The notes beneath the pieces are model-generated. The model saw only the letters and a program-made list of their open reading frames with translations. It was not told where the DNA came from and did not search any database. A stretch of DNA of 64,000 bases from an uncultured Acidobacteriota bacterium. GTDB lineage: Bacteria; Acidobacteriota; Thermoanaerobaculia; Gp7-AA8. The DNA lies in contig CAWGHO010000002.1 of assembly GCA_963822445.1 (NCBI GenBank), positions 2,400,001-2,464,000 on the forward strand, given 5' to 3'. Shown here one piece after another: positions 27,028 to 37,801 of this stretch. Both the position numbers and the translations under genes were made by a program. Positions within the stretch are counted from its first letter, which is position 1. Each line of letters starts with the position of its first letter.

Positions 27028-27816
27028 TCACCTGGGTCCGAAAAACCCCAGTAACCGTGTGAAAAATCCGCGAGTTGGCTGAAGTTCGGGCTCCGGCTCG
27101 TACTCCAGACGGCGATTTTCGACCACGGCGGCCGGATTGCGCCGAAAAAGAGCGTCCGCGACCGTGTCCCCGGCAATGGCGCGCAAGGCCGCGATCGCTG
27201 CCTGAACCTTGGGTGGCCGCTTCGACGTGTTGTGAGCGTCGGTCGCCACGAAATGCACGAGTCCGGCATTTACCCAAGCCTCTGCGGCCCGTTGCGCGGA
27301 GCTGCCGAACTCGCCGGTCAGGCTGCCGGCGGTGATCTGCATCCGCGCCCCGATCTCGATCAGCGACGCCAGCAGTTCCGGCTTCGCCTGAAAGACGATG
27401 TTCCGCTCGGGATGGGCAATGATCGGTATCCATCCGTCGAGCTGCATGCGGTACAGCGGCTGATCGAGAAGCGGGGGGACGTTGTTCGAGGCGAGCTCGA
27501 TCAGGACGTACCGGCTCCCGGCCAGCGGCACGATCGCGTTTCCGGCGCGAAGGACGTCCGCGACGTCGTGACCGAAAAAGTATTCGGATCCGAGGAGCAG
27601 TCGCGGTGTTGCGCCGACCTTGTCGCGAAGCGTGGCGATGCGCGCCTCGAGCTCGGCGATCGGCGCCGTGCGCCAACGGCCGCGAAGGACGTGAGGAGTG
27701 GCCACGATCGTCTCGATGCCTTCGTCAGCGGCCATCCGGCACATCGCCACTGCTTCATCCCACTCGCGCGGGCCGTCATCGACGTCGGGAAGGCAGTGGT
27801 GGTGAATGTCGATCAC
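27028..27816 (-). CDS. PHP-family tyrosine phosphatase (CpsB/CapC/YwqE)
   Basis: IDIHHHCLPDVDDG, ATPH, IAHPERN, ATDAH; adjacent to wzc. Confidence 0.92.
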   Translation of the reverse strand: MIDIHHHCLPDVDDGPREWDEAVAMCRMAADEGIETIVATPHVLRGRWRTAPIAELEARIATLRDKVGATPRLLLGSEYFFGHDVADVLRAGNAIVPLAGSRYVLIELASNNVPPLLDQPLYRMQLDGWIPIIAHPERNIVFQAKPELLASLIEIGARMQITAGSLTGEFGSSAQRAAEAWVNAGLVHFVATDAHNTSKRPPKVQAAIAALRAIAGDTVADALFRRNPAAVVENRRLEYEPEPELQPTRGFFTRLLGFFGPR

Positions 27817-30012
27817 GAGACGGTCTGGCGCTCGCGAGACTCTTCATCCTCGGCCGAGTAGTAGTCGTAGTAGCTCTTCTTGTACGTGTAGCCGTACTGG
27901 TGCAGGTCGAGGTTGTTGAGGATCGCGCCGAGCACGGGGATGTTGGCCTGGCGCAAACGCTCGGCCGAGCGCTGGACGAGATCGCGCGGCGTATGTCCGC
28001 CGTGAACGCAAAGCACCACGCCGTCGGCGTTCGCGGCCAGAACCACCGCGTCGGTGACCGCGAGAACGGGCGGCGAATCGAAGATCACGTACGCGAACTT
28101 GCCGCGGATCTCTTCGATGACGTGCTTCATGCGATCGGATGCGAGCAGCTCCGAGGGGTTCGGCGGCGTGGGACCGGAAAGGATGACCGAGAGATTCGGC
28201 ACCTCGGTGGGCTGGATGATGTCGTCCAGGGGGATGTTCGCGGCGAGGTAGTTCACCAGGCCGAGGTTCATCTTTCCCTTGAAGACCTTCTGCAGACGCG
28301 GACGGCGAAGGTCGGCGTCGACCAGCAGCGACCGGCTTGCCCATCTGCGCGAGCACGGTCGCGAGATTCGCGGACGTCGTGGTCTTGCCCTCGCGTGCGA
28401 ACGACGAGGTGATGACGATGACTTTCGGCGAGCTGGCCGAAGCGAGCAGCAGCGACGTGCGGAACGCGCGGTAGGCCTCGGAGATCGGCGAGCGTGCGTC
28501 GGTGTGCGGGATGAGCTCGATGCCTGTTGCCTTGTCGTTCGGCGTTTCGACCGCACGCAACGGACCGCTGCTGCGGCCGTAGCCGTAGCCGAATCCGTAC
28601 TGCTTTGTGATCGAGCCGGCCGCGGGAATCACGCCGAGGGACGCGAAGCGCGTCATCCGCTCGAGATCTTCCGGCGACTTGATGGAGCGGTCCATGTATT
28701 CGAGGAAGAAGATCGCCGCGAGACCCATGATCAGGCCGAGCGGCAAGGCGCTCTGCAGGTTCTTCTTCATCGAGAGATTGAAGCGGCCACCCGGATATAG
28801 CGCCGATTCGATGACGTGGATGTTGGAGGAAGCCGAGCCGCGCAGGCGCGCCGTGACTTCCGCTTCGTTGAGCTGTTTCTGCAGCGTGGTGAGCAGGCCC
28901 TGCTTGGTCTCGACGGCGATGCGAAGGTCGACGAAGCGGGACGCGTCGACGTTCATCTTCTGCGCGTCCCCCTTCTGACTCTCGTACGCCGAGCGAACCG
29001 AGGAGACGCTTGCCGATGCCGCTTCCATCGCTGCGCGCGCTTCCTCGATGTCCTTTTCCGCGGCGGTGCGAATGGCCTGCTCGCGCTGTCCACGGGTCTT
29101 TTCGATCTGCTCGGCCAGGCCGCGCATCACCGGATGGCCTTCGAGGAACTGCGCCCGCTGTTCGCTCTGCTTGCGCTGCAGCGCGTTGAGCTCGTCTGTC
29201 AGCCGCTGCACGTGCGGATCATCCTGGGCCAATGCGGCGGGTGACGTGCGGCGTACCGATTGATATGTAGCCTGTTTCTGGAAGAGATCGTTCTGCGCGG
29301 TGGTGACGTCGGCAGCGAGCTGTTGCAGCTTCTGCATGGTGATGTCGTCGCTTCCTTCGGACGAGGAGACGATCCCCTTGCTCTGCCCGTAGCGCTGAAG
29401 CTCCTGGCGGCTCTGCTCCAGCTCCTGCTGCACCGACGCGATCTGCTCGCTCAGAAATTCGTTCGCCTGCTGAACGGACCGCAGCTTCTTGGCGACGTTC
29501 ATCCTGATGAATGATTCGCCCCAGGCATTGGCGATTTTCTGGGTCAGGCGCGGCGACGTGCCGACGTATGAGATGTCGACCAGCGACGTGTTGCGCACGG
29601 GCGTGACGGTGATGCCACCGACCAGCGCGCCCGCCATTCCTTCCGTGATCTGCGCCACTTCCTGCGGCGTTTTGCCGGCGATCCCCGGCGGATAAAACTC
29701 CGGGTCGCTGAGGAGCTTGTGGTCGTCGATGACGCGCATCGCCAGGCCGCGGCTCTTGAGCAGGACGTACTGGGTCTGGAGGAACTCCTGATCCGAGGCG
29801 GCGATGCCGAAGAGATCCTCGACCGTGACCATCTGGTTCTCACGCTCGATCTCGATCTGGATCTTCGCCTGGTACAGAGGCTTCGACAGGTAGCCGGCGA
29901 TGAACGCCCCGGTCATCACCACGACCATGATCGCGGCCGCGACTTTCCATCGCTTCCGGATGACGTTCCAGTAGTGACTTAGATGAACTTCCTGCTGGGT
30001 GTTCAGGTCCAT
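27813..30012 (-). CDS. wzc: Wzc-type co-polymerase/BY-kinase with one +1 frameshift at ~28331
   Basis: Two TM helices flanking a coiled coil, SEAYRAFRT, Walker A EGKTT; other frame continues LLVDADLRRP, PPNPSELL, FDSPP and Tyr cluster YGYTYKKSYYDYY. Confidence 0.88.
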
Positions 30013-30029
30013 GTCCGCCGTTTCAGGCC

Positions 30030-30866
30030 CTAGAAGAAAGCTTCTTGGACCACCACGGTGTCATTGTCCTGCAGGATCAGGTCCTTTTCACGTCCGGAGA
30101 TGATGCGCTTGTAGTCGACCTTGATGGTCTGCTCCTTCCCGTTGACCATCCGCTTGATCGTCACCAGGCGGTGGGCGCGGTCGGTGGGACCGCCCGCGGA
30201 GGCGATCGCCTGAAGCAGGGTGGGGGTCTGGGAGCGGCGGAAAAGGGCTTTGCCCGGATCGCTGACCTCGCCCATCACGTAGATCGTGATGGCCGTATCC
30301 AGCGGGATATTGACGAGGTCGTTCGGCGACAGGGGGATGTTCAGATCTGGGTTGCCCGCGACCATGAGCTCTTCAATGTCGATCGCCAGCTGCTCGCTGA
30401 GGCCGTTCTGGCCGGTGCGGAGGACGTACAGCTCGCGGCCGTAACCGGTGGTTAGACCGCCGGCCTGGGTGATGGCCTGGATGAGGGTGGTGTTTCCGCT
30501 GGCGCTGATGCGGCCGGGACGGAGAACCGCACCGACGACGGAGATCGGCTTGCTGCTGAATTCGACGACCTGAACGGCAATCGTGGCCTTGGCCAGGATG
30601 GTGGACTCGAGCAGAGTCTTGAGCTTGGCTTCGACCTGCGAGACGGTCAGCCCGGCCACGTAGACCTTGCCGACGTTGGTGAGGACGATGTTGCCGTCGT
30701 CGCCGACGGTGGTCCGGCCGCTCATCGTGGCGTCTTCGAGAACCCTGATCTCGACGACGTCGCGCGGGCCGATGGGTGAGTCAGTCGACAAAATCGGCAG
30801 ATCCTGCGCGGTCGCAGTACCCGCCAGCGCAAGAACCATCGTGATCAGAATGCCGAGTCGTTTCAT
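30030..30866 (-). CDS. Short OPX (Wza-like) polysaccharide export protein
   Basis: IGPRDVVEIRV...DGNIVL..VG.VYVAGLT poly-export motif plus two SLBB domains; type I signal peptide. Confidence 0.88.
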   Translation of the reverse strand: MKRLGILITMVLALAGTATAQDLPILSTDSPIGPRDVVEIRVLEDATMSGRTTVGDDGNIVLTNVGKVYVAGLTVSQVEAKLKTLLESTILAKATIAVQVVEFSSKPISVVGAVLRPGRISASGNTTLIQAITQAGGLTTGYGRELYVLRTGQNGLSEQLAIDIEELMVAGNPDLNIPLSPNDLVNIPLDTAITIYVMGEVSDPGKALFRRSQTPTLLQAIASAGGPTDRAHRLVTIKRMVNGKEQTIKVDYKRIISGREKDLILQDNDTVVVQEAFF

Positions 30867-31046
30867 CCGTCTCCCTGAACCAGTTGCTTCCACAAAACCA
30901 TCCGGAGGCTCCGCGGGCGGAACGGGCTCCCTCCTTGAACTATTGGACCGAGCGCAAAGCTACCGTCCCGCGTGTCACCTGCGCGTTCCGGTCGGCGTCA
31001 TTCGTTCGTGAAAGCCTCTCGGGAAGTCGCAGTTATTTTTACAATT

Positions 31047-32285
31047 CTACGGGGTGAAGGACAAGTGGATGACATACCGTATTCCAGAATCGGTGTCACC
31101 GCCGATGTTGGAATCGCGCTCGTACCAGCCGACATCCGAGCCGATGTTCACTCTCCGGATCGTGTAGATGAATCCGACGCTGGTGAACGAGATCGTGTCC
31201 CGCCGGGTGATGCCGCCGACCGGCACGTCGTAGTCGTCGCGTTCGTAAGTCGAGCCCGCGCGAAGCGTCAACCGCCTCGAGGCGACATGGCTGACGCCAG
31301 CCCGTAAAGTATTGGAAATGAAGTAGTTGTTGAACAAGAAAATCGAAAAGCCGAGGTCGCGGTCGAAGCCTGCGGAGAAGGTGCGGCGTCCGTTGGATCG
31401 CTGGGCGTTGAGCGAGCCGACGAGCCCGCTGAAATCGTGTTCACGGGCATCGTCGAAGTCGAGTTTGGCCGGCCCCGCCTCGACCCGCAACGTGGTCCGG
31501 CCGGCGTTGTAGAGCGCGCCGCCCCCGACGTAGGTCCGGGTCGCGTCTTTGTAGGTGGCGTGGTCGAAGCCGTAGTCGCTGCGTTCCGCCGCGGCGAACA
31601 GCGAAGTCAGCGGGAAGGTCTTGTGGAGAATCGAAACGCGCCCGTTGCGCTCGGACCGCTCCAGAAGGTCGACGGGGATCTCGTCGGGCTGCAGCCGGCC
31701 TTCGGGGAACTTCGTGTCGCTCGCCCGCACGCTGAACAGCGCGCTGGTCTTGCTCGAGTACTTGAGCTCCCCCATGACCCCGACCTCGTCATTGCGGACA
31801 GTGGCCAGGCGGTTGATGTCGGCAACGTGCGCGCGAATGTGATCCTCGCGAAGGCCGTAGAAGTCGAGATACAGGTGATTGAACAGCAGGTGCACGTCGC
31901 CGCGGAGCCTGTAGTCGAACTGCCCGTCGCGGTCTCCGCCGCTGAAGAAGCTGTATCCGGGTGTGGCCTCGAGCGTGAAGATCGTCTTCTTGTGCGGAAC
32001 GTAATAGAGCCGCTGCGGCGCTTCGACGCTCAGCGACAATCCGCCGGCCTGCTCGCCCGTCGGCAGCGTGGCTGTCTCGGAAAACCCGGCGTCAGAGAGG
32101 CGGATCTTCGAGAGCAGGTAGAACCTGCCGTAGTGGAAGTTCGCCTGCTGAAGGTCAGCAGCCAATCTTTTCGACGCTTCGAGATCCGGATCGCGGTCCC
32201 TCATCCTCTGCGACGACTGGGCGTGGCCACTGAACGAGACGAATGCGATGAGAATGAGACCGAACAGGCGCTGCAAACCGCGCAA
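31047..32285 (-). CDS. Outer-membrane beta-barrel protein of polysaccharide export
   Basis: Signal peptide, alternating amphipathic beta strands, ends YVIHLSFTP; directly upstream of OPX. Confidence 0.7.
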   Translation of the reverse strand: MRGLQRLFGLILIAFVSFSGHAQSSQRMRDRDPDLEASKRLAADLQQANFHYGRFYLLSKIRLSDAGFSETATLPTGEQAGGLSLSVEAPQRLYYVPHKKTIFTLEATPGYSFFSGGDRDGQFDYRLRGDVHLLFNHLYLDFYGLREDHIRAHVADINRLATVRNDEVGVMGELKYSSKTSALFSVRASDTKFPEGRLQPDEIPVDLLERSERNGRVSILHKTFPLTSLFAAAERSDYGFDHATYKDATRTYVGGGALYNAGRTTLRVEAGPAKLDFDDAREHDFSGLVGSLNAQRSNGRRTFSAGFDRDLGFSIFLFNNYFISNTLRAGVSHVASRRLTLRAGSTYERDDYDVPVGGITRRDTISFTSVGFIYTIRRVNIGSDVGWYERDSNIGGDTDSGIRYVIHLSFTP

Positions 32286-32365
32286 TAAACCCCTCCCACT
32301 TCGAAGAACCTGCGATTGCTTGAAGGACGAACGAGTTTAGCACCCGCCCATTACAATCGACCCAC

Positions 32366-33814
32366 ATGCCGAACAGTCTGCGGTGGACGACGACAGGCGA
32401 GCGGGCCTGCCTGGCAGTCCTGTTTGCGTGGCTGGCCGCGCTACCTCTGCCGTTCGGATCGGTGATCGAGGGAGCGAGAACGCCTCTCATCGCCATCCCG
32501 CTGGCGATCTGCACGATCGCCGCGCTGCTCAGGCTTTACGCGACGCGCGATCGCACGAACACCGCGCAACCGACCCGGCCCTGGGTGATCTGGGCCCTCG
32601 GCGCGCTGATCCTCCTCGCCTTCGTTCTTCTGCAACTCGTGCCGCTGCCGCGCGGAATGCTGGCCGTTCTTTCGCCGGAGGCGCGTGCGATCTGGCGCGA
32701 GGGCTCCCAGATCGCGGCGATTGCCGGCGCGACGCCCCGCGAAGCGTGGCCGCTGACCGTCGATCCACACGCGACGACGTTCGAGTTCTTCCGGATCGCG
32801 GCGCTTTTCGCGACCTTCACCGCCGCCGCGCTTCTCATTCGCTCGCACACGCGCCGCGAGGTCCTCGCCTTCGCGCTCTGCATCGCCGCGGTATTCGAAG
32901 CGTGTTACGGCATCCGCGAAGCCGCGCTGGATCGGTATGCGATCTGGGGTTGGGTAAACCGGCTGATCTTCAACCGCGTGACGGGGACGTTCGTGAACCC
33001 GAATCACTTCGGTCACTACCTGGCGATCCTCCTGCCGCTGGCGATGTTCATCGTGGCCGTGCGCTGGCATCGCGCGGGCGGACGCGAGACCCCTCGCGGC
33101 CAGCGCGTCGCTCAGCTCATCGAGCGCTCGTTCATCGCGGTCGGCTTCGCGCTGATCGCCGCCGTTGCCTGCATCGCCGGCATTCTGCTGTCCCAATCGC
33201 GAGGCGCGCTCCTGGCCCTCGGCGCGGGCTCGCTCGCCGTCGCGGCCATGCTGCCCGGCCGCCGCATCGCACGGATTGCACTCGGATCAGCGGCGGGGCT
33301 CGTCGCCGTCGTCACCCTGGCCCTGTTCCTCGGTCCGGAACGGACGGTTACCCGGTTCTTGGCGTCGAGCGACGCCCTGGCCAGCCGCCGCGTGGGCATC
33401 AGCGCGGCGCTCGATCTCTGGACCCGGTTTCCGATCTTCGGCAGCGGCGCGGGGACGTTCGAGCGCGTGGTCTCGATGGAACAGCACGAAAGGATCGGGG
33501 TGATCTACCACCACGCTCACAACGACTACGCGGAGATCGCCGCGACGACGGGAACGATCGGATTCGTCATTGCCACGGTCGCTCTTTTGGGCGGGTACAT
33601 CGCGCTCATCCGCATGACCTTCGGCGAACGGTCGCGGGAGATCACCTGGAGCCGGCGGGCGTTTCAGGTCGCGGCGCTGGCCAGTCTGACCATCGCCATG
33701 ATTCACGCGCTCTTCGATTTCAACTTCTACATTCCGGCGAATCCAGCGACCCTCGCGGCGATCCTCGGCGCTTCAGTAGCCTCGGTCGATCACGACAAGC
33801 GGACCCGCCGCTGA
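32366..33814 (+). CDS. O-antigen ligase family (Wzy_C) membrane protein
   Basis: GTFVNPNHF, SQSRGA, PIFGSGAGTF, HAHNDY, HALFDFNF. Confidence 0.88.
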   Translation: MPNSLRWTTTGERACLAVLFAWLAALPLPFGSVIEGARTPLIAIPLAICTIAALLRLYATRDRTNTAQPTRPWVIWALGALILLAFVLLQLVPLPRGMLAVLSPEARAIWREGSQIAAIAGATPREAWPLTVDPHATTFEFFRIAALFATFTAAALLIRSHTRREVLAFALCIAAVFEACYGIREAALDRYAIWGWVNRLIFNRVTGTFVNPNHFGHYLAILLPLAMFIVAVRWHRAGGRETPRGQRVAQLIERSFIAVGFALIAAVACIAGILLSQSRGALLALGAGSLAVAAMLPGRRIARIALGSAAGLVAVVTLALFLGPERTVTRFLASSDALASRRVGISAALDLWTRFPIFGSGAGTFERVVSMEQHERIGVIYHHAHNDYAEIAATTGTIGFVIATVALLGGYIALIRMTFGERSREITWSRRAFQVAALASLTIAMIHALFDFNFYIPANPATLAAILGASVASVDHDKRTRR

Positions 33815-34971
33815 AAGCGATTCCGCGTCTGCGGATTGATGAGCCGTACCTCGACTCGATGCGGTCCGGCGGCGCGAACCGGGATGGTGAATCGGCGCGA
33901 GTCATCGATCGGCCCTTCGGCCATCCGCTCATCGTCCACGTAGATCTCGACGTACGGCGGAACCTCGTCGCTTTGCATGACCGCGACGTCGAGCGTGATC
34001 TCGGTGCTCGCCGGGATCGTCGCTGACCCCACGCTGCAGACGTCGTTTCCTCCGCAGGTCCCCGTCCAGCGCGCGGTCTCGGGACGCCGGGGCTCACGCG
34101 CGGTGATGAGCACCGCTTCTTCGTGGCGTCCGAGGGCGCTGGCCAGTCGCGCGCGCGTGGCGCCGGGAACCTCTCGCGTTTCCACGAGAACGTCCAGGCC
34201 GTCGAGCGGCGTGAGGTGATTGCGGATCGCGAAGTCCGCGAGATCGGCCGCGCGCTCGGCCACGCTCGGCGCATTGAGAATGTCGAGCGGACGCCGATGC
34301 AACTGCGCGAGTACGCCGCGCACCAGCGGCTCGTCGTCCCGCGTGATCGGACTCGGAAGGAGACGAATCAGCTCGACCGCGCTCAGCGTCTCCTTGCGCT
34401 CCTCGAACGCGCGCATGCGCCGGGCGGCCACGGCCGCGCGCAGATCGCGGTAATCGGCGAACAGGCCGTTCATCGCGGCGAGGTCACGCAACCAGAGCAC
34501 CGCGTTTTCCGTGTCGGGAGCATTGCGGCGAAGGTAGGTGAGATCGCGAGTGAGATCGAAAAGCGGTCTGTACATCCGCTCGAAGAACTGCGGATTACGA
34601 AGCATCGGCGCGGCGACGCGAAGCACTTCCGTGCGGTCTGCCGCGGAGAGCTCGTACCAGTGAAAGAGGCCGCCGCGCACGAAGGCCGCGGTCGGATTCA
34701 CGCGGTGCGGCGCGAGCCGCAGCGCATGCGCGTACGAAACGCGCCACAACTCCGAACGGCGTGGAGTGGTCGCGTCGAGCGCGCGATCGGCGATGAGACT
34801 CGCGGCCAGCCAGTCCGCGGGATGATCGGCAAGCCATCGAGCGAGCGCGCCGATCTCGCGCGGGCGATCGGCATCGCGCGCAATCGCCGGCTTCGCCAGA
34901 AACACGATCAGCAACGCGAGCGTGAGTCCCGCGGTAATGCCCAGCAGAATCTGCCGCGAGGTGCGGGTCAT
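33790..34971 (-). CDS. Hypothetical membrane-anchored periplasmic protein
   Basis: N-terminal TM, helical body, C-terminal beta-rich domain; ATG overlaps upstream stop. Confidence 0.7.
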   Translation of the reverse strand: MTRTSRQILLGITAGLTLALLIVFLAKPAIARDADRPREIGALARWLADHPADWLAASLIADRALDATTPRRSELWRVSYAHALRLAPHRVNPTAAFVRGGLFHWYELSAADRTEVLRVAAPMLRNPQFFERMYRPLFDLTRDLTYLRRNAPDTENAVLWLRDLAAMNGLFADYRDLRAAVAARRMRAFEERKETLSAVELIRLLPSPITRDDEPLVRGVLAQLHRRPLDILNAPSVAERAADLADFAIRNHLTPLDGLDVLVETREVPGATRARLASALGRHEEAVLITAREPRRPETARWTGTCGGNDVCSVGSATIPASTEITLDVAVMQSDEVPPYVEIYVDDERMAEGPIDDSRRFTIPVRAAGPHRVEVRLINPQTRNRFQRRVRLS

Positions 34972-36056
34972 GACGCTGCTTCCTGCAGAACGCGCTCCCA
35001 CGCCGCGAATGCGTGACGCGGCGCGAAGTGCGATTCATACATCTCCCGGCCGCGTGCCCCCATGGCGCTGTCGACGTTTCGAATCGCGCGCACCAGCCCT
35101 TCCGCATCGCCCGGTTCGACGACCAGGCCGCAGCGGCATTGCCTGATGATCCGCGCCGCCTCGCCGTCTTTCGAGCCGATGAAGACGACCGGCCGGCCGA
35201 CGGCCATGATTCCGTAAAGCTTGCTCGGCACGATCAGCCCCTCGAGCGCCGGCTGCAGGGAAACGAGATGCGCGTCGACGGACGAAAGGCTCTCGCCGAG
35301 CTTTTCCCGCGATGCATACGGTCGAAAGCTCACATTCGGGCCGGCCTCGCGTTTCACCCGTTCGAGCTGCGCGCCACCGCCGGTAAACACGAAGCGAACG
35401 TCGGGCATCAACTGCATCGCGGCGATGATCGTCTCCACCTCGTGTGCGCGGCCGAGGTTGCCGGAGTAGCCGATGGTGAGGCCGGTTTTGGTCCGGGGGA
35501 TCGGCTGCAGCGAAGCGTCGGCCCAATTGTGAATCACCGTGGCCTTCGGCACCCGTGCGGCCATCAGATCGCCGAGGACCACGTTCGCTCTCGAGCGGCG
35601 CAGCGACCAGTTTCGGATCGGCCGCACCAGTCTCACTCCGCGCATCCCCAGCCCCTCGGCCACCTCGGGGAAAAGATCCTGGACCCAGTTGACAACCCGC
35701 CGCGAAGCGAGCGCCGCGATGACCGACAGCAGCGGTGGATCGGTCATGGCGACGATCACCGCGTCGCGCCGCTTGCGAATCGCCGTGAATGCGCCGAGGT
35801 AGAAGGTGAGGTAGTCGATGGCCCGTCCGGGAAGAAAGGAGCGGCCGAAGCGCGTGGTGGCGATGCGCGTGATGGTCACGCCGTCCACGGTTTCCCGTTC
35901 CGGCAGCCGCGCATCGGCATCGTCATAACGCTGCCTGCTCGTGATCGCCTCGACTTCCCATCCGCGCGCCGCGAGATGGAACGCCAGATCCGACGCCATC
36001 TGACTTGTTGCAGAATGGTCGGGATGGAAGTAGCGATTCACGAAGACGACGCGCAC
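34968..36056 (-). CDS. GT4 glycosyltransferase (WcaI/WbuB-like)
   Basis: FVNRYFHPD, TDPP, WVQDLFPE, YSGNLGRAH, VPSKLYG. Confidence 0.9.
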   Translation of the reverse strand: MRVVFVNRYFHPDHSATSQMASDLAFHLAARGWEVEAITSRQRYDDADARLPERETVDGVTITRIATTRFGRSFLPGRAIDYLTFYLGAFTAIRKRRDAVIVAMTDPPLLSVIAALASRRVVNWVQDLFPEVAEGLGMRGVRLVRPIRNWSLRRSRANVVLGDLMAARVPKATVIHNWADASLQPIPRTKTGLTIGYSGNLGRAHEVETIIAAMQLMPDVRFVFTGGGAQLERVKREAGPNVSFRPYASREKLGESLSSVDAHLVSLQPALEGLIVPSKLYGIMAVGRPVVFIGSKDGEAARIIRQCRCGLVVEPGDAEGLVRAIRNVDSAMGARGREMYESHFAPRHAFAAWERVLQEAAS

Positions 36057-36058
36057 GC

Positions 36059-37801
36059 ATGATCATTCTAGGCATCAACGCCCATCACGCCGACGCCGCC
36101 GCGTGCATCGTGGTCGACGGGAAGCTCGTCGCGGCGGCCGAGGAAGAGCGATTCCGGCGGATCAAGCACTGGGCGGGCTTCCCCAGCGCGGCCATCGATT
36201 ACTGCCTGCGCGAAGCGGGTGTGGGCATCAACGACGTCCATCACATCGCCGTCAATCGCGATCCCAACGCGCGGCTGATGCAGCGGATGAAGTTCATCCT
36301 GGCCCGCCGTCCTTCGGTCGAAGCGATCCGGCGACGGCTCGCCAATCGCGCGAAGATCAAGGATCTGCGCACCGAGATCGTCGAGACCTTCAACCTCACC
36401 TCGCTGAAGCCGAAGCTGCACAACGTCGAGCATCACCGCGCGCATCTCGCGTCGGCGGCGTTCGTGTCGCCGTTCGAGGAAGCGGGCGTTCTCTCGATCG
36501 ACGGGTTCGGCGATTTCGTGAGCGCGATGTGGGGCGTCGCCAGCGGCAATCACATCGAAGTCCTCGGCGAGATCGGCTTCCCCCACTCCCTCGGCATCTT
36601 CTACACGGCCATGACCCAGTACCTCGGCTTCCCGCACTACGGCGACGAGTACAAAGTCATGGGCCTGGCGCCGTACGGCAAGCCGGTTTTCCTCGACGAG
36701 ATGCGGGACATCGTGCACGTGAAGGACGGCCGCTTCGCGCTGAACACCGACTACTTCACCCATCACAGCGTCGGCCTGGACATGGTCTGGCTCGGCGGCT
36801 CGCCGGCGATCGGCCCGGTTTACTCGGAGAAGCTCGTCGAGAAGCTCGGGCCGGCGCGTGCGCCGCAGGATCCGATGGAACAGCGGCACAAGGATCTCGC
36901 CGCGTCGATGCAGGCGATGTTCGAAGAGGGCTACTTCGCACTGGCGAACGGGCTCTTCGAGAAGACGAAGATTCCCAATCTCGCGCTGGCCGGCGGCTGC
37001 GGCTACAACAGCGTCGCCAACGGCCTGGTCTTCGATCGGTCGCCGTATCGCGAGCTGTACATCCAGGCCGCGGCGGGTGATGCCGGCGGCGCGATCGGTG
37101 CGGCGTACTGGGTCTGGAATGAGGAGTTGCGGCAGCCCCGCTCGTTTGTGATGGATCACGCGTACTACGGCCCCGAGTACGGCGACGGCGCGGTCGACAA
37201 GGCCGTCTTCGCGCGGCAGGCCGATCTCGACGAGGCCAATTGCACGTTTCATCGCGTTCGCAGCGAACGGGAGCTCTGCGCGCGCACCGCGGAGCAGGTC
37301 GCCAAAGGAAACGTGGTGGGCTGGTTTCAGGGGCGGATGGAATGGGGACCGCGTGCGCTGGGGAATCGTTCGATCGTCTGCGATCCGCGCCGCGCCGACA
37401 TGAAGGACATCCTCAACCACAAAATCAAGCGGCGCGAGTCGTTCCGCCCGTTCGCGCCGTCGGTGATTCGCGAGGCCGTGGGCGAGTGGTTCGAGACCGA
37501 TTACGACGTGCCCTTCATGCTGCAGGTCTACCAGATCCGCGAGGAGAAGCGCGCGCAGATTCCTGCGGTGACGCACGTGAATGGATCGGGGCGATTGCAG
37601 TCGGTGACGGAAGCGCAGAACGCGCGCTACTACCACCTCATCGAAGCGTTCCGCGACATCACCGGCGTTCCCATCGTCCTGAACACCTCGTTCAACGAGA
37701 ACGAGCCGGTGGTGAATACGCCGGCCGAGGCGCTGGACTGCTTTCTCAGGACGAAGATGGATCTGCTGGTGATGGGCGATCTGATGATCCAGCGGTCGTG
37801 A
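36059..37801 (+). CDS. NodU/CmcH-family O-carbamoyltransferase
   Basis: EEERF.RIKH, EHHRAH, SIDGFGD, DEYKVMGLAPYG, GPRALGNRS, FRPFAP, LNTSFN. Confidence 0.93.
   Translation: MIILGINAHHADAAACIVVDGKLVAAAEEERFRRIKHWAGFPSAAIDYCLREAGVGINDVHHIAVNRDPNARLMQRMKFILARRPSVEAIRRRLANRAKIKDLRTEIVETFNLTSLKPKLHNVEHHRAHLASAAFVSPFEEAGVLSIDGFGDFVSAMWGVASGNHIEVLGEIGFPHSLGIFYTAMTQYLGFPHYGDEYKVMGLAPYGKPVFLDEMRDIVHVKDGRFALNTDYFTHHSVGLDMVWLGGSPAIGPVYSEKLVEKLGPARAPQDPMEQRHKDLAASMQAMFEEGYFALANGLFEKTKIPNLALAGGCGYNSVANGLVFDRSPYRELYIQAAAGDAGGAIGAAYWVWNEELRQPRSFVMDHAYYGPEYGDGAVDKAVFARQADLDEANCTFHRVRSERELCARTAEQVAKGNVVGWFQGRMEWGPRALGNRSIVCDPRRADMKDILNHKIKRRESFRPFAPSVIREAVGEWFETDYDVPFMLQVYQIREEKRAQIPAVTHVNGSGRLQSVTEAQNARYYHLIEAFRDITGVPIVLNTSFNENEPVVNTPAEALDCFLRTKMDLLVMGDLMIQRS

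Noticed and set aside
30956-30967. ops/JUMPStart-like GACGGTAGCTTT upstream of the OPX gene (minus strand)
   Set aside because: Two mismatches to GGCGGTAGnnTG, no rest of JUMPStart and no RfaH/NusG paralog in the window
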